Assembly: GCA_000708835.1 (NCBI GenBank) | Contig: DF237101.1 | Span: 62,001-126,000, forward strand | Length of the DNA: 64,000 nt | Direction: 5' to 3' | From: Klebsormidium nitens | Lineage: Eukaryota > Plantae > Klebsormidiophyceae | In this document: positions 21,546 to 34,752 of the stretch, piece after piece | Numbering within the stretch: position 1 is the first letter of the stretch | Layout of the letters: every line of letters starts with the position of its first letter | Made by a program: the position numbers and the translations under genes | Notes under the pieces: generated by a model | Told to the model about the DNA's origin: nothing | What the model saw: only the letters and a program-made list of their open reading frames with translations | Database searches by the model: none

Positions 21546-24500
21546 CTAGCCTCGCAAAACACCCATGAGCGCATCCTGTTTGCCTCTGACGATGATCGTG
21601 TATACAAGTCGAATGGCGTCCACCCACCCGTCCATGGCGTCGGAGGTTTCCGCAACCTGGAAAACAACGGAACGGTCAATCAGCCCCAAGGGCTAGGTAC
21701 AGTTGTTCGGCAAGAGTCCGCTTGCAAGTTTACAGGGTCTGCGGCGAAACTTTTGGTCGGCAGGATCTATTGCTTTCTTTCAAAAGTAAGTTTCTTTGGC
21801 ATAGTCAAGAAGGTTACTTCAATTCGGATGCGGAAAAGCACAGGTACCAGCCATGCTCTTCTCAAGACCGCAATTTCAGCATGCATTGTCCTCGGTCTAA
21901 AGATCTCCCCCGTGGGTTCGAATCTCTCCTTCCAACGGTTGAAGCTCTCATCTAGTGACAAGATTCGGGCAAGTCTAAAGCATACTTAAAATCATGTATG
22001 TACAGAGGTCCTTCTCTGGCAACGGAAAGGAGGGAAAACGCCTGATTGTGAAGGTACTTCCAGAACTTGTCGGCCTCAAAATTGGTCATTAACAAAGGCA
22101 GCCTCAGGCCAAATAGCACTCCCTTCAACCCCTTTCAACCTCTCGACCCCACTGCGAGAGCTTCTGCTCAACAAAAGTAGGCTATAAAAGTCCTTGGTTC
22201 ACCAGATTAAGCCATTTGCAAAGAGAAGGTCGCGAGCGAAGGCACAACAGGCCAAAACAACTGCAAGACATCTGACTGTTTGCTTAGACAAGTCCTTGTT
22301 TCCAATCATGCTCTTCAGGTCTTAAGCGGCAGCAGCAGCGTTTCCTACCGGTGTAGGACAAGCCTCAAGTAGTCTCGCTATGCCCAAATCCACTTCCCCA
22401 TGAGCTGAATCACCTGACCACCATGCAGCCACCGCAATATTTCACTCAATCCAACAGTAACGCCTTAATCTGTTGTAACTTCGCAAGATATTCGCAATTA
22501 CTCGGGGTGAAATTACTTATGTAACACAAAGGGAATCACGACCCTTCTCACTCACCAGGTACAGCGCAGGGCTGCCATGGATCTCGACGCGGAAGCCGCC
22601 GCCCGCTGGCAGGCTCAAATCGCTCGCGGGCGCTACGGACACGATGCTGCCCATGTCGATCCGCAGCATCTTCTCAAGATCCATCTCCTCGTCGTGCGCG
22701 TGGCTCGAGCTCCCAGCGTGGCGCGCAGGCTCCGGCCTCTCATTTGGTTTCTGTGAACATACACTTCAAATTTGGGTATAGTACGGGTTAGGAACAGTAG
22801 GAACAGTGGGACCAACAACTTGGGATGCTTGAGGTTGGTTTCGGGGTTTGGGGTGGTTATGGGTGTAAAGCCGGTAACATCAAGGGTTGGGTTTTTGGCG
22901 TTGGATTACGAACTGACTATTCCTGAGGCTTACTATCCCTGGAATGAAGAGACATGGTCATCGAGTAGATGTTCTGTGGTACATGTGGGCGCGGTAGCTG
23001 GGCACATGTTACCCCTTCGGCAGTGCTTGTGAGCCAGGTTGAAATCACTGCTTTGCACTGAGAGCATCGCTGAGGGGGCGCGGTCGATTTCTGCACTCGC
23101 AAAAGAGAGCGGTGTTGCCAGCGCCAGTCTTCAGCTTCTTTGCTCTGCCTGAAGCGCAGAATTTGCGGACACTGGATTGACGAGCTTCCCGACTCGGGGT
23201 GCTTTCCGTTTTGAAACAAATTTTTAGGTATTGGGGCCGAATGTCAGCAACTACTCCCTTGCTCGGTTCAATAAATTCAACATGAGTGGGGAGCGGTTCC
23301 CAGCGAAAACCGTGCGGTTCAAGAAATACAGGGCGTCGTTTTCGAAGCAGGCGGCATTGACCACATAGACCGGAGGAAAAGACTGGGCTCCGAAATGACT
23401 TGCTTCTTGGCATAAACGAAGCTGGAAGGTTTTTCTGCTTCGTTGACATTACATGCAGAAAGCACGTCGGTAGGGTCTCCCGCGCGGTAAGGAAGAGCTC
23501 CTGGCAACCATTCCTGAGCCGTTCGAAAGCCAGCCTCAGAAGCATACACACATCCGTGCACAACCCTACTCAGACCAGGCTCGTCTGCACAAGATGTGGA
23601 AGCAGTAGACCAGAGAAACACCGGAAGTATCTTTGAACAACTCCATACCTCATATAGCTGGTCTGCACACTCCGTGGAAGCAGTGGGCACGAGAAAAGCC
23701 AGAAATCTCATAAAGAACTGACTGAGAGAGTTGCCATACCTCGTAAAACGCCTCGTGATCCAGCACGAACCAGCGCTTGGTCCACGTGTCATGGGGGGTA
23801 AGAGCGCCGCTTGCCGGGGGCGTCAGAAGGAAGCCGGACTTGAGAAAGGGGAGGGGCAGCTGCATATGCGGGACAGAATGGTTTAATTTCTGCATCCTAA
23901 TCGAACTTTCCAACGCTGAGCCGTCCCTAGTCCTACTTTGAGCAATCCTCCGGTCTGCTTAAATGCCATGCACCGAATTCTGTTGCTCGCTCCGAACCCA
24001 TGTTTCTGGCTCAGCAACAGCAGGAAGTAAGTTTGATGTGCGAGCTGATGATTGAATGATGACAAACAAGGAAACGACCCTTAAGAGTATGGCTGGCGCT
24101 TTGACGAGGAGGAGGTTTTTTGCATAAGGTTTGAAAAGTGTTCGATTACTTCGAACAGATATGAATACCGCAATGTCTTGACTCGAGAGGTACACAAAAT
24201 CCGCAGCTCACCATCTTTCGGACGAGCCGCAAGGCGCTTACGTACACCTGCGGACAGAACGGCAGTAGATGAGTTAGATCTTGCGACTGTCCGTTTCTTA
24301 ATGCGCGCAACGGTCCGCTTTCCATTCGGCCGCAAGATTGGCTACACGAGGCATTGAGCCGGAGCTGAGGAAAGCACATTGGCGCTGACGTCAGGAGCTC
24401 TCACAACTGTTATTACAGGAGCCCCCGGTTTCCGATCTGTGCGCAATGCGCCGCAAAGGCACTAGCAAGAATCAGCCGAAGTCTAGACCCTCTCAGACGC

Positions 24501-27500
24501 GAGCGCTGAAGTCACGAGCCCTTTCAATTGTTACTCCAGAGCCTCCGGATCTAGAACTATGCACCAGAAAAACAACAGCAGCAATTAGCCAAAATCTAGC
24601 CTGTCAGATGCGAAAGTGTGCGGAAATAGACTCACGGGGTAGTCTGGTTTCAGCGCATGCGCTGCGCATATGTACACTGCCGACTGCGCATAGACGCCCT
24701 GAGGCGTGACGTGCTTCCCGTCGCCTTTCCGCCCGCTGCGTAGGATGTCTTCCGCCCTCCCGTACTGCGGAAACCGGTTCGAGCGGAATATAAGGTCGGG
24801 CGTACTGTGGCCAAAGAGCTACGCCTAACTCGTGACTAAGAATAGTGTCTAAAGAAGTCGTAGGTTGTTGTGCCGAGTCGCATAAGTAACGAAAAAGAAA
24901 GCCGGAGAAAGCCGCTTTCGAACAAGGGTTTACGAGAAGGCGCCGTGAAGGGCTTTAGCAATAGCTACGGGCGCAAGCCGTGCTCGGGGGATGTCAGAAA
25001 ACGGCCGTTCCTGTCCCCGCTCAAAGCTCTCACCGACAGAGCCGAACCAAAGCAGATAGCGCGTATTAATCACAGACTCTCTTTGGTAAAAGCTCAGATT
25101 CCAACGGAGAGGTCAGAAGATGCGACTTGATCCTCGGCATCGCACACGAGCAGGGCCTTTGTCTCACCAACACTGTGCCCAGGTTGTAGACTGCCCGGTG
25201 GAAGTCGAATCGCAGCCGGATGGCCGCCCGGAACTGCAGAGAGAGCGGAACAACGGACCGGGCTTACTTCGACCACGTGGCAGATGGGCCGTCGTAAGCC
25301 GCTCGCATTCATTGCTCTTGCTTCGGTTTGGTTGATTTGGACTCTCAGCGGACCGACGCTCCCACCTTTGTCGTGAGAGCCGGATTGTAAGCAGGAAGGA
25401 CAGTAAGAAAGCAAACACCTCCTGTCAGAAATTTCCTCATCCTAGGAATATATTTGCATCGGGTTTCTGTGACTGGGCCTTGGCGTCAGGTTTCTTGCCT
25501 GAAGACACTGCAATTGGCGGCCAAAGAAAGAATCCCAGACTCGGACTTTACCTTGCTGATGGCTTTCTTCACGATGGCGGCTTTCTCCCGAAGGGGCACG
25601 ATCGTGCCCAGCTCCTGCCACCAAAACATTGCCACGTGTCAGTCACTCAATTCGCCAGAAACCATCTTCAAATGACCACTGTTTGGCGCATGTCGACGCC
25701 TGTGAGCGACCCGCAGAAAGTGCGACGGAACGAAAGTCGGCCGTGTATGCAACTTCTCAGTGGACGCGGGGAGCTCCATGGTAGTGGAGTTACGCAGTGA
25801 AGCTTTGAAAGGAAAACTTCGCCCACCTGAAGAGCGAGCCCCCAGTTGTTGAGCGCCTGTGGGCTGTCCCAGTTGAGCTGCACCGCCCGCTCGTACTTCT
25901 CACACGCCTGACAAACAAAAAGAGAAAGCGAATTTCGTTGAGGCTTCCAGATCCGGGTCTTTTGAGGCCTGCTTACGTTTCAAAAAGGGGCGGGCGTGCG
26001 TTCCGACACGACAGCTTGACACAGAGGCTACTATCTTCGAAGGGGGCTCCTCTGAAGAGTAGCAATGCATTACAAGCATCAAATGCGACGAACACACTCG
26101 AATTCGTGAGAATGGGCAATAAGATTGCTCGCAGCGGGCTTCCGGCTTCACCCAGAAGCACCTCAACGTCGATCCAGTATCGCACACATGCTGAATGCTT
26201 CATATTCAAGTAGAAAACGACCGAGTAGGCCTCAAAAAACGGCCTGACCTGTCTCCATAGCGTCTGCGCCTCCTCTCGCCGCCCCCTGATCTTGGCTCGG
26301 TCCGAGATTGCAATCGCCCAGTTGTAGTACGCCTGTAGGAGACAGTATTCCCAGACTTTAATGAGAGGCAGCCATCGGGACATCCTTCGATAATCCTACG
26401 GCTTTCAGCGTCCATTCGAAACTTGGAGATGAGATTGCGCAAATGCGTTTACTCATACCCAGATACCCCGGAGCAACATACTCGAGGTGAAGGAGTGGTT
26501 CAAGCCGCAAGCCATCATCAACCAGTCCCTACGGCCGAGCGCAGACACCTCTTTGGGACTGCTGGACTGATTCTATCAGACCTCGCTTTGTAAAAGCAGA
26601 AGACTCCTTGGCAATTCTTACTCCACACGCCTTGTATGCTCAATTCCGTTTGACAGCATAACTTCTTCCAGACCAGCTCGACTTTGATATGGTTGTCCTC
26701 AAGTACGAAACGGTGTATTTCCGGTTCTTTATCTGTTTTCTGGTGGATATCCCCCCCCCAGCCAAGGACATTCCATCAAAAACTACACCAGCCCAAGGGA
26801 AAGGCAACGGTTGTTTCAAATCTTGCAGCGTGGAGCCAGCTACTGGCAGTGGCGCACCTTAAAAGCATACACTCTTCAAAATCAGGTCGACTTTTGAGGT
26901 TCGTTTCCTTCAGTTATGCAATGATTGCTTACCTCTTGCAGTGTGGGGCACAGCTGCGTTGCAGTGGCGTACTTCTTGCACGCCTCCTCGAGCAGGCGGT
27001 CCCGCGCCTCGCCCCCCGAGTCTGGCCCCGTGTTGTCAGCACTCTCCTGCAGAACGAGCAGCTTAATTTCACAACGAAATTCGCAGTGCTTGAACGAGGC
27101 TGTGTTCGAAACAAGGCCGCTTCTAACGCAAACGGACTTCTGCTTGTGAGACTTGCCAGGAAGTGACGCATGGACACAACACCAGATCCGATGTAGAGTT
27201 GGCTGCATGTCTTCAGAACGTATCTGTGCATTGAGGTGCATTGAGGTGGATCTCCAACTGACCTGGTGACAAGCCCGGACGAATTCTGCATAACTTTTCG
27301 AGTAATCCCAGCTTTTAGCCCTGGTAGACCTTTAGGGCACAAAGAGGACTGTCCTTCTACTGACACTCGAGGTTCAGCAAAAGGCACACCAGTTGTAAGG
27401 CCTGTGTTTGAGAGCAGAAGGGAGAAGGAAAAGGCTTCCGCCTTACCTGCAATACCAGCGCCCAGTTGTAAAGAGCATCATAATCCTTCGGGTTCCGCTG

Positions 27501-28855
27501 CACAGCATTCTCGTACCTGCGGTTGGAAAGCGCCCCTTGTCAGGATGAGAACAAAGCTTAAAAAAATTTTAAGCTATTGACTAGACTTGTAAATCTCTCC
27601 GTGTTTCTGTTGAGGGCTTACAAGCTTGTGTCCGTAAAAACTCATCTGAAGCGCTCAAGATCAAAACTTCACAATGCCAAAGGGCTTGTCTCTCACGAGT
27701 TGGCAGCTTCTCCTCTACTTCGCGAACCCGAACTGGAAGACTAGTCCAATAGATCTAGAAACCTCAACTACACTCCTCCGCTTTCAAACATTCTGGGGTG
27801 TCTAGGTTCGAATTGGAGCGGTCGGGTAAGAAGGGACCAACGAAGAGCTGCTGCGAACACGGAGGAGAACCACATCACCCAGGGCAGATTGCAAGGGTAG
27901 ATACCGTGCAGAATGTGCGGAACAACCATCGGCCTGACTCCAAACATCATGATAGCAACCTGTCGCAGCGTCAGAATGGTGCTTCTTGCGGCGCGTATAC
28001 TTCCTTCAGCTGGCTGGCCCCCACCTTTTGGCAGCAAACGCTAGGATTCTTTGGCGCGACTTCCCCTCCTGCTCGCCGGTTGCAATACTGTAAAGGACAT
28101 CTCCTACGATGCTGTTTGGTCCGGACGCAACTTGTCCAGGATCGTCCAGCTCGTCCGCGATGGGGTCCTTCTCTTCTGCGTCTGTAAAAGCAAACTGCTA
28201 ACGTGAAGTGGTGGCAACCTTAGCTCACTGACTTGCCCCACTATCTTACATTTTCAAAAGTATGGTGGTGCATTTAGTTGCAGAGAACTTTCTTAAAAAG
28301 TGGTCAAGTGAAAAGCATAGCTCAGATCATGTTCCTGAAGGTGGGCAGTACCTCAGATACCTTCATGATCTATGGACGTCCTGAATCAGGGCGACAAAGA
28401 ACCTGATTACATTGGTTGCAATTTCAGCATATTTACTTGGATCCATCTGCCTTCATCGTCAAACCAATTCACATGCACCCTAAACGAGATTGCAGGAGAT
28501 TAGGGTTTTGTACGTTGCACTGCTTACCTGGAACATTCTTCGCCTCATCATACTCCCTTTCCTCCTTCTCAGCCCCCTCGTCTCCTTCTTGCACATCTGC
28601 CAACTCTGCACTGATCTCGCTGCTCTGTTGCACCTGCTGAACCACGCTTGGCTCTGAAAATGCATTCCAATCAGGCTTTTCCTCTTCTGACGCTGCATCT
28701 GTGATTGTAATTTCTTCCTTCAAGATGCTCGGCTCCTGTGGCCCATCCGCTGAGGGCTCGTCCAATGGAAGCCTGGACGCGAGAGCTGCGAACTCATCGG
28801 CCCCATTGACCACGTCAGGCTCGGTGCTGAACGGATCTTCCCTTGCGCCCTCCAT
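21546..28855 (-). CDS. HLB1: TPR + PH-domain protein HLB1 ortholog
   Basis: Exons read by eye: 28855-28528, 28181-28025, 27516-27447, 27046-26933, 26332-26249, 25907-25827, 25614-25552, 25233-25168, 24764-24636, 24247-24212, 23859-23740, 22750-22556, 21656-21546. They give [83 protein letters not shown] and [13 protein letters not shown], matching Arabidopsis HLB1 as I recall it. Confidence 0.9.
22774..22939 (+). mobile_element. Degenerate copy (F) of the telomere-like-core MITE family, in an HLB1 intron
   Basis: Decayed G/T core (GGTTGGTTTCGGGGTTTGGGGTGGTTATGGGTG...GGGTTGGGTTTTTGG) with imperfect arms AGGAACAGT / ACTATTCCT resembling copy E. Confidence 0.5.
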
Positions 28856-29041
28856 TTTCATGAACAATATCAATGACATTGACAATGTGGAGATGCATGG
28901 AATAAAGTTGGAAAACACCACTGAATAATGATTAGCTCAACCGCTTATACTGTCCCCCGGGGCGAGATAGCTCAGACTGGATTCCCGGTGCAAGAACAGC
29001 TAGGGAACTAGGAAGGTCTTCCAAGTCACTAACACTCTCCA

Positions 29042-29465
29042 CAGTCAGTACGCACGCTCTTGGACCCGCCAGAAAAAGTTCGGAANNNNNNNNNNNNNNN
29101 NNNNNNNNNNNNNNNNNNNNNNNNNNNNNNNNNNNNNNNNNNNNNNNNNNNNNNNNNNNNNNNNNNNNNNNNNNNNNNNNNNNNNNNNNNNNNNNNNNNN
29201 NNNNNNNNNNNNNNNNNNNNNNNNNNNNNNNNNNNNNNNNNNNNNNNNNNNNNNNNNNNNNNNNNNNNNNNNNNNNNNNNNNNNNNNNNNNNNNNNNNNN
29301 NNNNNNNNNNNNNNNNNAATGCGGACCCTAAAGTTTGCTGGCGACGCCTCAGGTTCTTAGAGTGAGGCGTCGCCGCGTTTCCGAACTTTTGTCTTAACAC
29401 AGCCTGCCAACTGGGCACAGAAAAGGACGGTGGTGTCAAAGCCCCAGAAGCGTGCGTACTGACTG
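29042..29465 (-). mobile_element. CAGT-terminal MITE, copy 1 (spans the N gap), TSD TCCA
   Basis: TIR CAGTCAGTACGCACGCT...AGCGTGCGTACTGACTG; TCCA at 29038-29041 and 29466-29469; reverse complement of copy 2. Confidence 0.85.
29086..29317. other. Assembly gap (232 N)
   Basis: Run of N. Confidence 1.
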
Positions 29466-29492
29466 TCCACCGGCCTGGAACATTATAAACAC

Positions 29493-29776
29493 CAGTCAGT
29501 ACGCACGCTTCTGGGGCTTTGACATCACCGTCCTTTTCTGTGCCCAGTTGGCAGGCTGTGTTAAGACAAAAGTTCGGGAACGCGGCGACGCCCTCACTTT
29601 AATTACCTGAGGGCGTCGTCAGCAAACTTTAGGGTCCGCATTTGCGGTTGCCAAAGAGCATTTAATGCTAACCACATCGGACGATCCAAAGGGTCAAAGT
29701 TGGGGGCTGCCCCCATCGATCGACGGTTCCGAACTTTTTCTGGCGGGTCCAATGGCAAGAGCGTGCGTACTGACTG
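29493..29776 (+). mobile_element. CAGT-terminal MITE, copy 2 (284 bp), TSD ACAC
   Basis: 17-bp TIRs; ACAC at 29489-29492 and 29777-29780; internal hairpin CGACGCCCTCA...TGAGGGCGTCG. Confidence 0.9.
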
Positions 29777-29896
29777 ACACCGGTCGCTCGCCAGCCTGCT
29801 TGGAGTGGCCGGTCCTACGAGTGAAATATAAGGCCATTTTGACATATAGTAAAACCACTGCATGCGGGACAGGTCAGCTCAGCCTCATGACTGCGA

Positions 29897-30081
29897 TAAC
29901 TCTCGTGTGACCTAAGAGGCGTGTGACCTAAGATAGGCACCCGGGGGACGGGTGGGGTTGGTATGGTGGTTAGGGTGGGTTGGGGTGCGGAGCGGGTGAT
30001 TATTTGTGTTAGGTTTTTAGTTTGAAGTGCCCGGGTAACTCGTATCTTAGGTCACACGCCCGTTAGGTCACACGAGAGTTA
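29897..30081 (+). mobile_element. Telomere-like-core MITE, copy A
   Basis: 39-nt arms (37/39 complementary; GTGTGACCTAA twice in each arm) around the core GGGACGGGTGGGGTTGG...GGTTAGGGTGGG...GGTGCGGAGCGGGTG...GTTAGGTTTTTAG. Confidence 0.85.
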
Positions 30082-30395
30082 CCGGTATAGCCTCATGCAG
30101 GTCAGCTGAGAAAGTGAGAGGTCGAGCAGAGCAGGTAGAGCTAGGCGTTTCCAATGCCCTTCAATTCAAGTTCACGAGCTCTTGAAGGCCCCACACAAGC
30201 GATCTCAGACTGGAGGATTGGCACAACAGTTTTGCCACATTGCAGCGCAGATTAACTCGTTCTCCGGTGAATTCAAGGAGCACCACCACCACCACCTTCA
30301 ATTGACATCAGCGCCACCACTTTCCTCATCTCTCCATATCAAGAAAGTTGCATCACAGCATTGGTGCATTCAATGTCAAATGCTGACACTTAGAA

Positions 30396-33300
30396 ATGGC
30401 GGAAGAAACGGAATTGGCTGTCAGCATTCCCTGTGCTTACACCATAGAAGCCCTCATCAAGCTCAAAGTGATCCGGGTGTTTGTGTACGCTAGGCTCGAT
30501 TGCGTTCATGACCACCCCCAGAACCAAAGAACCGAGTGCCAACTCGATAGCAATAAGGATAGCACTGAATGTCCCAGCTCAGTGGTTCCTTCTATGACTG
30601 GGGCTGAAGTTGCCCTGGTTGATAAGGGGGGAGCGACAGTCATCCAAGTTTCTATTGCGGACTCTCGAGCAGACTCTTGTAGAAAGCAACGTCGTATGAT
30701 TTCTCTGCCGGAAGAAGTGGTGATTGACAGACAGTCTCTGAGTGTCATCGAGCGCCCCGACCACCTGGAGCTGAAGTTGCAGATTGTGGCATCGCTTGGT
30801 GAGGGCAACTGGGGAGCCGGGAGCAGCTCAAGCAACACCGAGATGAAGACGTTCCAGGAGAAAGGGTGCTTTGCATGTGGAGGGTGCGGACAGCCTGTAG
30901 TAGAACAAGGAATCAAGTGAGTGCTCAATCGATGACTACAAATGATGAGAGGCATGTCTCTCAGATTCTGACAAGTGTTTCATGCTAAGATCGATCAAGT
31001 GTCCCACACAAAGATCTGTTGATGTTACTCACGAGCTTGTTAGCTAAAGTATGATTGACTTTTACATGCCTGTCAGCTAGTTGGTATTGAGCTGAAGCTA
31101 TTAGTAAGAGGAGCTGAAGCTGTGTCATACCATGAAATTCGCAGACTACACATTTTGGAGAATCATTCCTTTTACTCGTCAGGATGTTGCGGCCGTCCCT
31201 GAAAGACCTCTCACCCAGCTAATGAACTATTCACCTGTTCCTTGGTGCGTAAATACTTCGATGGCTTTGGTGGACGAAATCGGTCTCACAGTGTCCCTGA
31301 GAGCTAGGCAGAGTTTCTGTTGCCAGGTTTCTAAGGCTTCGATCCTAGCACTGTGCTCCTCCAATATTGGATTATTTCGTATAGTGTCCACTTGCAGACT
31401 CCCTTGGCGGTTGTCAAAGACGCCTTGGACGCGTTCCAGCCACAGATCATTGTTGTCTCCTCCAATCTGTTCCATCTTGGGTTACATACAAGGACGGTAT
31501 GAACAAGGACTTCCTGATCGAAGAAGCATAAAAGTTGCACTATCAACCCTGTCAATCAAGTACCTACCTCCTGAGAAGAGGCAATCTCTCGGCTCAACCG
31601 TCCAGCTTTCTCACCGCTTGAGTCCTGATTGCAGGCACTTCTTCCCGATGCCGTCTGAGAACTGGGAAGAGCTCGCAGACCACTGGTTCGATCTGCAATG
31701 TGGGTGCGGTGGGCCCGTCAAAGCTTCGAACCTGGCCCGGAAAGTGCAAGCGCGCTTGGTCCCAACTCGAGCCACGTGCCTCGTAGGCACCACGAGCTAC
31801 TTGCTGCATGAAAGCGACCTTGTCGCAAGCGGTGGACAGAAGGAAAGGGAATGGGGCTCTCTGCCAAATGGCCTCCCGGTTGGAAACCAGCCTCTCAACA
31901 CGGAGAGAGCAGTTACGGAGTCGTTGGAAAGAAGCTCGAGCGATGGAGCTGGTTCTTCAGAGGGTGATGCCACGTCACGGGAGGTTTTGCAGCGGCGACG
32001 ACAGAGTGTCATGCATGTTACAGACGAGCAGTCGCTTTACAGTGCAGCAACAATGAGCCCTGCATTTGAGACGCCTGAGTCCGTTCCAATTCAACGAAAC
32101 AACAGTCAGGATGAGGATTGTGAGCCGACCGCCTCCAAAAGCGAACCAAGCAACGAGTTCGACAGCAGTCGTTTGGACGAAGGAAGAGAAGAGGAGAGTG
32201 GTGTGGCTCCTGCTTCGTGCTGTGGACACGTGGAGTCGGCTGCTGACGTGGCAGTCGAGCTGGCGCCGGAACGCATTCAGGAGCTGGCAGAAGGGCCGAT
32301 TGAGGTAACGAAAGTGAACACTGTGATTCCGAAGGTCTCTCACTTTTTCTCTTCCGGGCGAGGTTATTCATTGAGTGCTCTGTCCACTTATTCGAAGGTA
32401 CTGCGCTTGTCTTTCAGGTGAATATTGCCTGTGCTTCGAGGAAGTTCTTCCCTATGCTTCGAGGAAGTTCTTCCGCCTCTATTCAATTTTTGGCTGCAGT
32501 CTTCTACGCATAGATTCAAAAGCGTTTGTGATCCCAACGGTTATCGTCATTGTGACCTTCGCAGCATAGGGGCGAGCGTCTCAATCACTGCCGATCAGTA
32601 TCCATGGGCTTCTTTGAACAGATTCTTGGACCTCCTCGAGGACCTTTACAACAACCACGTGACAAAGTGCCTATCTTTAGATCTTTCAGTTGCAAAGCAT
32701 GAAAATCTGCAGTCAGTCGGTTGAAAGGGAACTTTCTCAAACGTGTCCAAAAGTGGGACTTCTCGTGAACCTCATCGAATCCTGATAAATCTCGTTAAGC
32801 CTCGTCGGCTTCCTAATCGACTTGCAAACGGACGTGCAGCCGACCGAGCCCCTCACGGGCGCCCACAAGTGGATCCGCGTCCGTTGCCCCTGCTGCACGG
32901 AAACGCTAGGAGTGCGTCGAGCCACAGGTCAGGCTTCCTTCCGTTTCTTGCCCGTTCCGTTCCGTTGGTCGCCCAGGTCGGTTCATGCAGTGAAGCTGGA
33001 CCTTGTACTTACACTGAGGATCCTCTTCGATCGGGGCTCCTTCTCTTGCCGCTCTCTGCAACCCCTTTCGAATTGAAAATCAACCTCACCAAGCCCAGGT
33101 TGGCTTGCCTTACCGATGGTTGTATTCTTCTGATTCGTTGGGCCATTCCGCTCGTCCACTCCTCTGTCGGGACCACCGTTCCGTTCGCTTGATTCCCCAT
33201 GCTGTCCCACGCTAGGCTCGCAGACGTGCGGACGAGCCAATCACCTGGAAGCAACACTTCCACTTTCTTCTCTGCGCCGCTTCCATGGAACTCGACACAC

Positions 33301-34752
33301 CTTTGAAAGCTTGCGTTTCTTCCTACGTTGGAAGTTGCCCCGTGAACTGGAGCTAACGTCGGCATGACGTCATCCGTGTGCAGAGGACCAAACGACAGCC
33401 AGCCCAGGCGTGTATCTTTTCAAGCACCGTGTGGTACTGTGCGGGGGAGCCTCGACTTCACCAAGTCGAAAGATCACGTGAGTCTGCATCTCGTCTGGCT
33501 TGTTGGGTAGAAATGAGTGCACGTGATCATAGTTGTTTTGCCGTCCTAATCTGCTAAAAGTGAAAAGCGCCAGCCTCTCGGGAATAACCGCTCTGCCCGT
33601 GTCACATCTGCCCGTGGTTTGATTCTGTAACCCCGCGTGTTAGAGGACTGTATTCGTGGTCCGCTCACTTCACCTTGGTCGTTGGACTTTTCAGCCAGAA
33701 GTTTTGCTTTCTCAGTGCTTCGTTCTGTTTTTGCATCGGTTACACCTGCATTGCCGGCGAACAGTTCAAATTCTGCCTCTTCAACGCTGTCCGTTCCTTC
33801 CCTAGGGCTTCATCCGTCTGCGGTTCTCACTGACTGTTCAAATCGCTCTGTTCAGAATCAGATACGGTTCGTTCGCTACTGCGACGAACAGAACCCCCCA
33901 GCCCGATTAGCAAACGACAAATGAAACGTTGCTGTCTTCAGCTAATCCGCATCTCGTCTGCCAGGCGCGAGGCCCTGTTGGCACACTTCTCGGCACGGCT
34001 CCAGCAGGCCGCGGAGCAGAGCCTCTGCTCGCGCTTCCTTCTACAAGGCCTCCTCACCGGAAAGCCGTACTGCCACGTCACGGTCCTCAGCCGAGAGACG
34101 TTTGTCTGGAGCGGCCTTTTAAACGGGAGCGGCGACGGCAGCCAACGGTCGCAGGGTTTGAAGGTTCTTCTGACATACCCATCGGACGCCGTGGCGGGGT
34201 GAGTAAGAATCTGGATTTGTATGTTGAGCAGACAATGCTCTTTTATTGATGGTGGAGAGAAACAGTGACCTACTCTCAGTTTTTCAGTCGTTAGGTCGAC
34301 AATGCGTTTCGACCGGGTTGGTAAGGTACGGGAATCCAACTTTCGCAGGCGCGAGCGTACGAGTTTAGTTCACCAATCAGTGCCCCGAGTGTGAAGCGAC
34401 CCATTTCGATTTGCCCAGGAGCGGAGTTGCCAAAAGCTGTCTGGTCATGGCACGGCTTCGTCTTCTTACATGAACATGGCTCAGATACGGTGTGCTGGAA
34501 TTTAAGTGCTGTAGACGCAGTTACAAATATTATTTGTCTCGTAGCAAAGAGCGGACTTCCTCGCTGGAAACACATACGGATTGCGCTTCCGCCTGCAGCA
34601 CGCCCGCGGATCCGAAGCGGAGTAACCAGTTCGAGAGAGTCTTCCTTCTAGAGGACGACGCAGAGGAGCTGCTTCGCATCCTGGTCGCCAACAATGAGAA
34701 GTACCCGCTGTCGTGTCGAACCCTTAACCGTGCATCGCTGAGCTTCCTATAG
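30396..34752 (+). CDS. UBE3D: E3 ubiquitin-protein ligase E3D (HECT_2/UBE3D family)
   Basis: Exon 30396-30916 (CFACGGCG) joins exon 31635-32304 (K|HFFPMPSENWEELADHWF..CGC, the family signature). Later exons carry RVRCPCCTETLG, FLLQGLLTGKPYCHV and the C-terminal FLLEDDAEELL...YPLSCRTLNRASLSFL*. Middle exon boundaries are approximate. Confidence 0.8.

Noticed and set aside
28955-28995. tRNA-like start GGGGCGAGATAGCTCAGACTGG
   Set aside because: Only an A-box-like stretch; no T-arm/B-box (GTTCRA) or acceptor-stem partner follows.
29042-29776. CAGT MITEs mobilised by the KDZ element because both have 4-bp TSDs
   Set aside because: The termini share no sequence (CAGTCAGTA versus GGGCCGTGC); TSD length alone is not evidence.
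29940-30030. True telomere or interstitial telomeric array
   Set aside because: The GGGTTA-like motifs are degenerate and interrupted and sit within a fixed core with inverted arms. The short stretch at about 56820-56848 is too small to call.
32430-32480. 23-bp direct repeat TGCTTCGAGGAAGTTCTTCC and the (ATATTG)n stretch at about 49615-49640
   Set aside because: Simple local duplications or microsatellite with no further structure.
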